Origin: a virus
Direction: 5' to 3' (one strand)
DNA: 64,000 nucleotides
Virus record (IMG/VR): IMGVR_UViG_3300023223_000599
Coordinates: 1 to 64,000 of that record
Positions 39,967 to 49,000 of this stretch are shown here, piece after piece (position 1 is the first letter of the stretch; the number at the start of each line of letters is the position of its first letter). The notes beneath the pieces were generated by a model. The model was not told the origin of the DNA and did not search any database. It saw only the letters and a program-made list of their open reading frames with translations. The translations under genes were made by a program, and so were the position numbers.

Positions 39967-42322
39967 CGCCTCTTATCTGTGCGGCTACATCATACTTGTT
40001 TCTTAATGCATCCGCAATCTTTTCGTCACCTGTTCCAGGACAAACAACGTCATTATATGTCACGGCGTTGTGCTGTCCTATGCGGTGATTTCTGTCTTCA
40101 CTTTGAAGTCTCATCTCAAGACTGTATGAGTTTGAGTGATAGATTGATTCCGTAGCATTGATAACCGTGATGCCCGTGGCACCCTTCTGAGGATTGGCCA
40201 CAAAGTGTTGTTTATCACCACGCCTGAACGCCTCTAATGAAATAGCTGCATCTTCACTAGTCATTTTCCCATCGTATCGTGCGCCCCTATCGCCCAACCG
40301 CTCCATCAGCACATCAATCTCGGGGCTGAATCGTGCCCATATAATCGCTTGGTGCGTGGCATCTTCCAGGTGGGCAATTGTTGCATCAATCCGTGGGTTG
40401 TTCTTGCCAATAAAGACTAAAGGTTCGTCTGGTCCTGTGGAAGCATACCCACAAGTGATTTGTTGCAGCCTCATCATCCTGACAATGGGCAAGGCTGCAT
40501 CAACCATCATGCCTTCACCATCTTCCTCACCCGTTTCAATAATTGTCATGTATTCTTCTTTAAGTTGATTGTAGGCCCTCCACTGCTCCGGGTTCATATC
40601 AAAGTAAATCTTTGAATACAATTTATCAGGAATGCCCAACCCCGCACTGTCTTTCGTGACACGTGATGAGATGGTTTTAATAATGTCGCGCAATTTATCG
40701 AGGTTCTTATATGACAACAATTTATCATAGCCCGGATCATAGCCATACTCATCAATGACTTGTTGCCTCTTCTGCCAAACGCCAAAGAACGACTTATATG
40801 CCGCAAAACTTCCCAAGTGGTGACGTTTCCAAAACTCTGGATCAAGGAACTTCATTGGCGTGTATAAATCAAACGGACCTTCAGCGCCCAAGGTTCCAGA
40901 TAACACACGCTTATAAGTTGCGTAACGCCCAGAAGCAACAATTGATTTTGTGCGCTTGGCGCCTGGGCTCTTAATTTTTTGTGCTTCATCAAGAACATAA
41001 TAACATTTACGCTTTGTCAAAAAGTCCCATGCAAGCTTCTTGCCTGCCTTCGTCATAAAGCCTTCATAAGTCATGGCTAAAATAGATAGCCCTTTATAAT
41101 TCAGCACATCAGCGCAAGCTTGTTTATGCCACTTTGTCTTGGCTCGTTTCGATTCATAAAAATGAACCTCCGCTTTTTCCAATAATTCAGGCGGCAAATG
41201 TGCCGGTAATTCATCAGTGATCCAATTGCGATGGACGCCATTAGGGGCCACAACAAAAAGAGAATCAACTTCACCTTTGTCATATAGGTATTGAAACTCA
41301 TCAATATTTAATTTTGATTTGCCGGTGTTCCCCGTAATAAAAACACGTCCACTTCTTCTTAAAACAAGAAATGTTGTTGGCACTTTAAAACAATATTTAA
41401 AACCATCTGAAGAATATTCTGGATAAATATCTTCAATACACTTAAGTTTGGGAAGTTTTGTGCCGTTATTAGAGATAACCCAACCCTTTTCTTGTCGCCT
41501 CTTGGAGTACGAAAAAAAACCTTGGGAACAAGCAATGAATTGTATGAAGTCAGCATTTTCTTCTGTGTCTGTATAGAGTTGATTATCTTGTGTGAGCGTC
41601 CATCTAAAGGCCTCATCAACAATTATATCGCGCTCTTTGTTGGTGATCTTATTCCACCATGTATGATCAAAGCCATCGTAGGCCTTTTTCACTTGATATC
41701 TTTTACCCGCTGTTCGTGTCGTGCTGTAGGTGCTTTTTGTTCCTGTCAGCTTTAAAAATCGAATCAATCGGTCTTGGCGATCTTCCGGCCATGAGGCCCT
41801 AAATCTCACATCAGTTCCATTTGTAGAGGTTCTACGGCCTTGAATGATAAGAATAGTCATCAATCTAAGCTCTGGTTCGGTCATGCCCAAGCCTTCGCCT
41901 GTCATATCGTATTTGAATAATCGTGGCATATAAACATCTTTGCCATCATCACAAATATCTGTAACTGATTTTATAAACATCAATGGATAATTTTGATATT
42001 TTGACGCTGAAAACAACACCCGATGATTCGGTGTCAACATTTGATCAATTTCTTTATTATAGAAATGAACCATCTTTTCACACGGCTCTTTAATGTATTC
42101 AACAGGCTCAACAAAATTAATTTTTCCTGTTCCACTATCATACTGAGCCACCGGCTCACCACGATATCTATCTATACGGCGCCAACCAGAAGGGCTTAAA
42201 TATTCAGTTTCGGCATCAACGCATCCTTGTTCCCATAAATGGGCATATGCTTTAATGTCTTTTGAATTGTCAAACTCTTCTTTTTGATATGGGAATGGTT
42301 TTGTGTGGAATTTGAATGTCAA
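39944..42322 (-). CDS. SNF2-family (SF2) helicase precursor containing an intein
   Basis: 792 aa. TTG start preceded by TAGAAAAGGAGAACTAGAGA. The extein motifs are LWEQG|TGKSK (split P-loop), LDEAQKIK (motif II) and LQSEDRNHRIGQ (motif VI). Confidence 0.8.
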   Translation of the reverse strand: MTFKFHTKPFPYQKEEFDNSKDIKAYAHLWEQGCVDAETEYLSPSGWRRIDRYRGEPVAQYDSGTGKINFVEPVEYIKEPCEKMVHFYNKEIDQMLTPNHRVLFSASKYQNYPLMFIKSVTDICDDGKDVYMPRLFKYDMTGEGLGMTEPELRLMTILIIQGRRTSTNGTDVRFRASWPEDRQDRLIRFLKLTGTKSTYSTTRTAGKRYQVKKAYDGFDHTWWNKITNKERDIIVDEAFRWTLTQDNQLYTDTEENADFIQFIACSQGFFSYSKRRQEKGWVISNNGTKLPKLKCIEDIYPEYSSDGFKYCFKVPTTFLVLRRSGRVFITGNTGKSKLNIDEFQYLYDKGEVDSLFVVAPNGVHRNWITDELPAHLPPELLEKAEVHFYESKRAKTKWHKQACADVLNYKGLSILAMTYEGFMTKAGKKLAWDFLTKRKCYYVLDEAQKIKSPGAKRTKSIVASGRYATYKRVLSGTLGAEGPFDLYTPMKFLDPEFWKRHHLGSFAAYKSFFGVWQKRQQVIDEYGYDPGYDKLLSYKNLDKLRDIIKTISSRVTKDSAGLGIPDKLYSKIYFDMNPEQWRAYNQLKEEYMTIIETGEEDGEGMMVDAALPIVRMMRLQQITCGYASTGPDEPLVFIGKNNPRIDATIAHLEDATHQAIIWARFSPEIDVLMERLGDRGARYDGKMTSEDAAISLEAFRRGDKQHFVANPQKGATGITVINATESIYHSNSYSLEMRLQSEDRNHRIGQHNAVTYNDVVCPGTGDEKIADALRNKYDVAAQIRGDELKEWI
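41327..42223 (-). mobile_element. intein (299 aa, Cys34 to Asn332 of the helicase precursor)
   Basis: It begins with CVDAETEYLSPSGW (block A, Cys1) and contains MLTPNHRVLF (block B, T..H). It ends KYCFKVPTTFLVLRRSGRVFITGN followed by Thr+1. Codons were checked: 42221-42223 gca gives TGC, and 41327-41329 gtt gives AAC. Removal restores GTGKS. Confidence 0.7.
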
Positions 42323-42351
42323 TCTCTAGTTCTCCTTTTCTATGCCATTTT

Positions 42352-42394
42352 CATGAGCAAGTAAAATATTAATCGATTCACTTGCTCATGTCAA
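42352..42394 (-). promoter_or_regulatory. consensus-like promoter bracketed by an 11-bp inverted repeat (candidate operator)
   Basis: Coding strand reads TTGACA (42389-42394)-(17 nt)-TAATAT (42366-42371). The arms CATGAGCAAGT and ACTTGCTCATG (42380-42390 and 42352-42362) are separated by 17 nt. One arm covers the -35 and spacer, the other the start-site region. Confidence 0.6.
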
Positions 42395-42409
42395 TGGTTG
42401 TCTTATGTC

Positions 42410-42898
42410 TTAAGTCTTCGGTCTTTCTTCATCAGGGGATAATATGCTGAAAATAGAACCTGTTCTTTTTAGAAATCCGCCAAAATATTGTTTGAATTTC
42501 TTTCTGAATTCAAATATATGGTTTCCTTGCCAAACTATGAATAATGTTATCAGTAAAACGAGAACGCCCATTTTGCCTTCCGTTCGATACGTTTCCATGA
42601 CAAGCGCTAGGAATCCACCACTACTCACGCCTTTTTTCATCTCTTCTTCAGACACTTTGCCGTCTTTGTTTGTGTCAAAAATCTTGACAACAACAGCCGT
42701 TTTCTTCTCGGCTGCAGCAAATACTTCATCAGCTTTTTCATAAACCTTTGTGGCTTTGGCATGATGTTGCTTGCCTTCAGCGGCAAACACTTGAGCTTGA
42801 TTCAATAGAGCTGTGGCTTTTTCCAATTGGCTACAAGAGCTAAAGAAACCCCCAAGGCTTATCAGAATTATCATTTTTATCATCAGTGCGTTTCGCAT
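42410..42898 (-). CDS. secreted/membrane protein with EF-hand Ca-binding loop and C-terminal TM
   Basis: 162 aa. It has a signal-like N-terminus with a possible lipobox (FFSSC), a canonical EF-hand loop DTNKDGKVSEEE, and the TM segment GVLVLLITLFIVW. It overlaps the upstream gene by up to 59 nt, and the start is uncertain. Confidence 0.6.
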   Translation of the reverse strand: MRNALMIKMIILISLGGFFSSCSQLEKATALLNQAQVFAAEGKQHHAKATKVYEKADEVFAAAEKKTAVVVKIFDTNKDGKVSEEEMKKGVSSGGFLALVMETYRTEGKMGVLVLLITLFIVWQGNHIFEFRKKFKQYFGGFLKRTGSIFSILSPDEERPKT

Positions 42899-43064
42899 CT
42901 GTTCCTCCTTCTGGGTACTTAAAAGCCCCTACTTTTACATGTATATCTATATCAGCAACCCATGAAATCAGGCCGCCAAGTTTAATCCCACCCTCAAAGC
43001 CCACGTTATCAAAGCCGAAACAGCCCGATAACATAAAGAGTGAAACAAGGGCCCAACGCTTCAT
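42840..43064 (-). CDS. small lipoprotein
   Basis: The track ORF is trimmed to ATG 43064 (ATGA overlap). MKRWALVSLFMLSGC carries a canonical lipobox LSGC. Confidence 0.6.
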   Translation of the reverse strand: MKRWALVSLFMLSGCFGFDNVGFEGGIKLGGLISWVADIDIHVKVGAFKYPEGGTDAKRTDDKNDNSDKPWGFL

Positions 43065-43501
43065 GATGGTTCCGTGGGCCAACTGATTGTGCCGGGGAAA
43101 GATCCTTGTTGTGGAACATCTCGCAAGGCCTGTCTATAGGTGGCCCATTCAGTCACTTTTGAAGCAATCAAGGCTGTGTCATTCATTTGTGTCCAATCGC
43201 TAACATTCAATAAATTATCACGGTCAGTCCTTGCTAAAGCTGCCAAAATATAATCCGGTGGATCTGCAACAAGTGAAGCATGAAGCGCTAACAAATCAGA
43301 AAATAGATTTGGATCATTAAACTTTTGCTTTGACCCATCTTGATAAGTTATTAGGCCTGTTCCATATTCAGCACCGTTTGTAAATTTAACAATAGCAATA
43401 TTTGGTTGAACTGCATCAAGCACGGCATCAATATTAACACCAACAAATTGGATTGAATTCTTGGCAATAAAACCATCGGCACGTATTCCAAAGAAATTCA
43501 T
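43061..43501 (-). CDS. tail fibre assembly/chaperone-like protein
   Basis: The C-terminus NLLNVSDWTQMNDTALIASKVTEWATYRQALRDVPQQGSFPGTISWPTEP matches the sDW...W..YRq.LrD.p...WP signature of tail-fibre assembly proteins. Confidence 0.6.
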   Translation of the reverse strand: MNFFGIRADGFIAKNSIQFVGVNIDAVLDAVQPNIAIVKFTNGAEYGTGLITYQDGSKQKFNDPNLFSDLLALHASLVADPPDYILAALARTDRDNLLNVSDWTQMNDTALIASKVTEWATYRQALRDVPQQGSFPGTISWPTEPS

Positions 43502-43869
43502 TAAGTATCACCAGGGATCTGAGGCATTGCCAACTGTTGACCAACGGCGGCGATGACTTCACGTGTTTTGTTCTGTGATTCAGTCAGGCTATTGACCGCA
43601 TTAACCATTTCTTTTGTCACAGCTTCATTGATTCCATTTGCCTTATCAATAACGTTTCTCATGCTGTCGATTGAAGCACAAGCGCCACGTTGTTGACCTG
43701 AATTCTCAATGATTAACACAGGCGTGAATGCAATCGCGCATCCAAATTGATCAACGGGTTGACCTGTTTGAGGGTTTGAACCCATCATATGCATATACAT
43801 CGAACATTCATCACCAACACATGGCTTCATTCTCATATAAGGGCAACCCTTCATGTCTTTTTTATTCAT
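43501..43869 (-). CDS. hypothetical Cys/Met-rich protein
   Basis: 122 aa. Leader is AAGAAAGAGAGAACTATATG. Confidence 0.6.
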   Translation of the reverse strand: MNKKDMKGCPYMRMKPCVGDECSMYMHMMGSNPQTGQPVDQFGCAIAFTPVLIIENSGQQRGACASIDSMRNVIDKANGINEAVTKEMVNAVNSLTESQNKTREVIAAVGQQLAMPQIPGDT

Positions 43870-43884
43870 ATAGTTCTCTCTTTC

Positions 43885-44820
43885 TTAATTTTTAACAGCG
43901 ATTATTATATCAACATGGTCAACATCGATATCGACTTGGGCACCTGTCAAAGTCAATGATGTTGTGTGTGTGTGACTATTTCCGCTACCTGTTGAACTTG
44001 TGTTTACTTGTTGCGTTGCCGTTCCCACTGAGTTTTGCTTCGGTGTCGTGCCTCCTGTTGTGGAATCAGTACGTCCCCCAATAGTGTGATTGTGTGATGG
44101 TAATTCAGCAACAGTCAATGCGTGACCGTCAATTGTGCCGCCAATCGTACCCGTTACCGCCCTATTGGTCACAAAGACTGTTGAAAAGGGAACCGTTCCA
44201 CCTGTTCCCACCGTTCCAGTGACAAGCCTTAATGCTTTGTCATTATGAATGGCTTCTTTTGTCCATCCAGTAGGCGCCGCTGTTTGTTGGAACAGCATTC
44301 TTGTTCCAGAAGGAAATTCTTCGCCAACGCCTGGGGCCAATTTATCAGCCGTTATTGTTGCGGATGCAATCTTTGCCCCTGTCACAGCTAAGTTTTTAAT
44401 TTTAGCCGTTTCCACCGCGTCAACTGCAAGCTTGGCGGCGGTCACTGCTAACGCCTGCAATTTATTTGTTGATATTGAATCGTCAATGATTTCAGCTGTG
44501 TCAACAGCGGATAAAATAGCTAAAGCACCTAAACCAAGATTCGTTCTTGCACCGGCTGCAGTGGTTGAACCTGTTCCACCCTCAGCAACGATAACAGGGA
44601 CGCCCAATAGGATTTGCTTCCAAACATCAGGGCCGATTTCAGTCAACAAATGCAGTTTTGTTTGATCTGTTCGATATGAAGGCATACCAATGACAAGGTC
44701 AGTTGTCGGAAAAACTGTACCTGAGAAACTACTTTTTAAAGTTTCATCACGATTTAATATTAATTGGCGACTATCTCTAAGTGTGTCAGTCGCTAATATG
44801 TCATCCCAATTTTGTGCCAT
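43885..44820 (-). CDS. tail fibre protein
   Basis: The track ORF is trimmed to ATG 44820 (MAQNWDDIL...). It has repeats of the type AVTAAKLAVDAVETAKIKNLAVTGAKIASATITADKLA. The C-terminal FQQTAAPTGWTK...LPSHNHT is tail-collar-like. Confidence 0.7.
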   Translation of the reverse strand: MAQNWDDILATDTLRDSRQLILNRDETLKSSFSGTVFPTTDLVIGMPSYRTDQTKLHLLTEIGPDVWKQILLGVPVIVAEGGTGSTTAAGARTNLGLGALAILSAVDTAEIIDDSISTNKLQALAVTAAKLAVDAVETAKIKNLAVTGAKIASATITADKLAPGVGEEFPSGTRMLFQQTAAPTGWTKEAIHNDKALRLVTGTVGTGGTVPFSTVFVTNRAVTGTIGGTIDGHALTVAELPSHNHTIGGRTDSTTGGTTPKQNSVGTATQQVNTSSTGSGNSHTHTTSLTLTGAQVDIDVDHVDIIIAVKN

Positions 44821-44821
44821 C

Positions 44822-45511
44822 TTAAAATCCCTTCGCCGCCCAACCAATTACACCGGCCACTGGTTGATCATTTTGTGATTTGAATAATTGAACATCAAAG
44901 CCTGTTATTGATAAATTTGAAACCTCAACAGAAGTTGCGTCTGTGGCTGATTGTCCACTAACTGTAATATTAGGAATAACATTGAATGTTTTTTCAAAAG
45001 TTATTGTTGTCCCACTAATGGGAACCGGATCAATTGCGGAATCGTTCACATTTGGAACATCAACATTTAAAACTGTTTTACCAGCTCCCAAACGGTCACC
45101 ACTTAAAGGGTCGACCACTCTTAAAGCAATTCTCAGCAAAGCCTTTTGATATTCTCTATCCCCTGGCTTTAATTGTGTAAATCTATCAAATCCTATTGGT
45201 TGATCGGCTGAAGATAATTCAGTAAATAAGAATTCATCAAGGGCAACATTCAATAATTGAAGGTCCGAAAAAACAGCATCGGCATTAAACGGCAACGATT
45301 CTTTTATGTTCAATGATTCCAAAATATCTTGAATCTCTTGGGTTGTCATCGCTTCCACAAAACTAAGTACTTCAGCAATATTTATGAGTGGATTTTGTTG
45401 TGCTGCTTCAACAATACCAATTGATTCACTATAAAAAGTATCCATGTCACCACTAAGAACTTCAGCGAAATTTAATGTTTCTGATAGTTCCAGCGGTGAC
45501 AGTATAGCCAT
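44822..45511 (-). CDS. virion-associated hypothetical protein
   Basis: 229-aa ORF between the gpJ-like and fibre genes, with TAATG coupling. Confidence 0.6.
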   Translation of the reverse strand: MAILSPLELSETLNFAEVLSGDMDTFYSESIGIVEAAQQNPLINIAEVLSFVEAMTTQEIQDILESLNIKESLPFNADAVFSDLQLLNVALDEFLFTELSSADQPIGFDRFTQLKPGDREYQKALLRIALRVVDPLSGDRLGAGKTVLNVDVPNVNDSAIDPVPISGTTITFEKTFNVIPNITVSGQSATDATSVEVSNLSITGFDVQLFKSQNDQPVAGVIGWAAKGF

Positions 45512-46005
45512 TATGAGAGCGTAAAGGTAAATTTCACAGTTAACTCATCTGGCGCCGCTTTATTTTTCACAGGGAACACAACCCTATCAAGCATGATTCC
45601 ACCAACGGCATTATTGAAAACACCGGCTTCTGTCAAGGCACCTGTGGCTTCACCGGCTAAAAATGTCGCTGTCATTGTAAAAACTTTTGTTGAAGCAGTG
45701 TGGAAGTATGTAGCCGCTTTTCTTAATAAAGCAGTTTCTAAAGCAGTGTCGGCGGCATCAGCGGCGGTTGTTCCCGTTCCCACTTCAATGTGTGACATTT
45801 CAGAAGGTTGTGTTGGATTTCCCATGACATCAGTGATGAAATCAAAGCCAACATCAACAATTAAGTTGTCTTTGGCAAACACGCTGACAGAACCATCTTT
45901 ATGACGCATTGTAAAATCCATACGGCCATGAATCTTGAAGCTATCCCTGCCTTTTAAAGCATTCATTGCATTCAATAATCTTTTGATAAATTCCTTGTAT
46001 TTCAT
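45511..46005 (-). CDS. virion-associated hypothetical protein
   Basis: 164-aa ORF directly after the gpJ-like gene. Confidence 0.6.
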   Translation of the reverse strand: MKYKEFIKRLLNAMNALKGRDSFKIHGRMDFTMRHKDGSVSVFAKDNLIVDVGFDFITDVMGNPTQPSEMSHIEVGTGTTAADAADTALETALLRKAATYFHTASTKVFTMTATFLAGEATGALTEAGVFNNAVGGIMLDRVVFPVKNKAAPDELTVKFTFTLS

Positions 46006-46015
46006 TTTTTCTCTC

Positions 46016-49000
46016 CTATACGGCGTGTAGTGCTATGGTGTCAATTGATCCAATAGACCCAATAAGACCCGAATCAGTTAATGTTGTTCCAGTTTCTATT
46101 TCTCTAACAAACAATCTTCTTGTTGTCGCATCTTGTGACATTCCAACGATTGCAAATTGGTCAACTGTGATCTGTGGAATGACAGCCAATCTATTGCCTA
46201 ATTCATCCTCAAGATAAATTTCACTTGTTGAAGCGTCAAAACCAAGCTCAATCCAACCCGTTGGGCTATTAAGCGAATAATAAACAACATCGTTAATTGG
46301 TATTTCATCATATTTTATCGTCATAACCAAGCTAAAAACAGTAGGAATAGCAAATGTCCAAGCTACCTTTGTAAATGGTGTCATTTGAAGGCCATCTCGA
46401 TATCTAGCGGTCACATGAGAAACGCCAAGGCTTTCTATTGGCGCGGTAGCTGAAACCACCCCAATTAAATCACTTTCAAGTTTCCAGCCTTCAGCAAGAC
46501 TTGCAGGTAAAGGGCCTTCTGGCGCCAATGATGCAATCAATGTTCCCGCCTCAAGGTCAGCCGTGGGCAACCATGGAACATTGGCCTGTGGTGAATCCCA
46601 TGAAAATGTGGCGTCATCCCAAATAAGAGCACCGGCTGCAACAAGAATTGCACGTGTTTCAATCCAGTTTCTTGCCCTCCAATTTTGACCCAAATCAACC
46701 AACACTGAATATTCACCATAAACAGAAGATACCCCTGGGGAAATTTCTTTAAGAAGAAGGTTTGTTGATACAACCTCAACATTGTTTTTGATTCCAGGCC
46801 ATCCAAGGGCTTGTTCATCTCTTTGTAAAATTTCATTTCTATTGACAACTGGCGCCACTCCTAAAACAAAGAAAGCGGCATCATCACTGAACAACCCTGC
46901 AGTGCTAATTGATTTAATATGAAATCTGACTTGACCAACATCTTTTATTGGAAACAATGTTGTTAGCTCTGTGGAATTTGTTCTTAATAAAAATTGCCCA
47001 GATTCCCATGTTTCACCGAATCTTATTTCATATTCAATCAAAGATCCTGGAACAGCTGACCACGTACCGTAAACATTTGAATCTTGTGATAGCATGAAAA
47101 AATCTTGAACACCTGGAGGCGGTGAAACTGTCGTGTTCACCGATGTCACATTAATTGAAAGAATTCCTAATGTGTCTTTGGCACGAATAAGAAAAATCTC
47201 TTGGGCATTTGAATCAAGTGGAACGAATAGAGTTGTTGCAACAAGACCTTCAACAATTATCTTTGCCGTCTCCCAATCAGCACCTTGTCGAATGTCATAG
47301 CCCACCAAGTCAATATCGTCGACGGCGTCCCATGTCAGCAAGATTCCATTATCTCTACGATCACCCACAAAGTTCTGAACATCTGGGGGCGGGGCTGTCT
47401 TTCCAAAAACTTCAAAATCTAAAACCTCAACCCTTGATGAATCAGAACCAAATTCATTTCCATCTGCAAGCGCTGTCACCGCAATGTCCCAAAGGCCAAT
47501 CTCGGCATCAAGAAACTCAGCCGTACTTGCTGGAGATATTTGAAGTATCTGAAAATTATTTTCTGGCTTCTTAATCTCTACACGGTAAATCGTGGCCCGT
47601 GGGTCAATGCTTGGTGTGAATGAAATGCTCAACCGTGTCTTAATTGCATTGTTTGATTTATACAAACTTTCGGTCACAGTTAAATTCGTGACCGGCAACA
47701 ATGCACCTTTTGGAAATAAACTTGTTGGCGCTGGATCAAGATTAATTCCTAATTCAATGCGATCATATTTTGTTTCATCATGTCTTAAGGCGACAATTTC
47801 ATATTGATTATCCTCAATTTGACGGTTGCTAATTATTTTCCATTCTTCGGGAACTGCTGTTGTTTTCTTGATCAAAAACATTGAGTTGATGACAGTTGTT
47901 GCCGTTGGTGGTGATGCAAGAGTGACAATGTTTGGCGCTGAGTTTCCAGACAATGTAATTGTTTCAATGGTGTCATCATCCATCTGAAGCAATATTTCAT
48001 CACCTGTGTCAACGTCATAATTTCTATCAAGTGTCACATCGGTTCCAGAAATCGAAACAATGCGCCCGCCAAGTTGAGCCCCTGCTCTCACCGGATCTGA
48101 TATTGCAATTATTTCCCCTGGCTGAGTGTCAGCGTGATCAAAACCGGCGACATAGCGAACAGTCTCAGTTTCATTTTTCTCACTGTCAAGAATCCATTTG
48201 CCCATTCTAGCCGCTTGGCCTCTTGAAGTTGTTCCATAGGCCGCAACTTCTACCGGGCGCCAACCTCTACCGGCCTGAATCAAAACTTGATCTTCAACAA
48301 CTTCAATTGCTGGCCTGTAGTTGTCGGCTGGATCATTCCATGTCACAAGGGCGGCTGTGTGTTGCGCTCTTAGTGATGATCCTTCATAAACAAAGTCACC
48401 ATTTAGAACATCGGCGGGGGCAACAAGCCTTGAAACATCTTTGGGTGCATCTTGGGAAGCTGTCACTGCACCAGCTGACCAAAAAGCCATTCCCCTAAAC
48501 ACTGAAGCAATCGCATTAACAAGAGCGTAAGCTTCTTGCCTTGTGTTGATCATTCCATTGAAAACAAATCTTGGTTCTGTTCCACCGAATCCATCGGGAA
48601 CAAGTTCATCACAATATTGTGCAATTTCAAACAACGCAAATTTATCAACTTGGTCAAGATCAATAAAATCGCCCAAACCATAACGGCGTTCAACAAGGAT
48701 ATCATGAAAAACCCATGCAGGGTTGTCGGTCCATTCGACTTTAAAAGTTCCATCCCAAAAGCTTGGGCTGTAAACCCTCGTTAGTGGGTCATAGTTTGTT
48801 GGAATCCTTATCTTGACGCCTTTGATTTTATACGAACGCCTTGGAAGTCTTCCCCCAAATAATTGGCTATCTAATTTCAAGGCCACAAGGGCACTATCTG
48901 GATAAACAAGTTTTGCTTCAATAACTTCCGTATAACCTGGAAGGCTCAACGCATTCTTCAATTTTGGATCTGTGGAATCTGGTGTAATTCTTGATACCCT

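Noticed and set aside
40594-41755. Alternative-frame ORFs inside the SNF2/intein gene
   Set aside because: They overlap a frame with strong helicase and intein motifs and show no independent start signals.
41327-42223. Homing endonuclease (LAGLIDADG/HNH) inside the intein
   Set aside because: I looked for the motifs in the central ~150 aa and found nothing convincing (LRLMTILIIQGRR is too weak). The element is reported only as an intein with an unassigned middle domain.
42410-43064. Interpretation of the overlapping lipoprotein pair as i-/o-spanins
   Set aside because: The order is wrong (lipoprotein first). The second protein has an N-terminal signal or lipobox rather than an N-terminal TM anchor, and no holin or endolysin is adjacent. 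It is kept only as an alternative in the finding.
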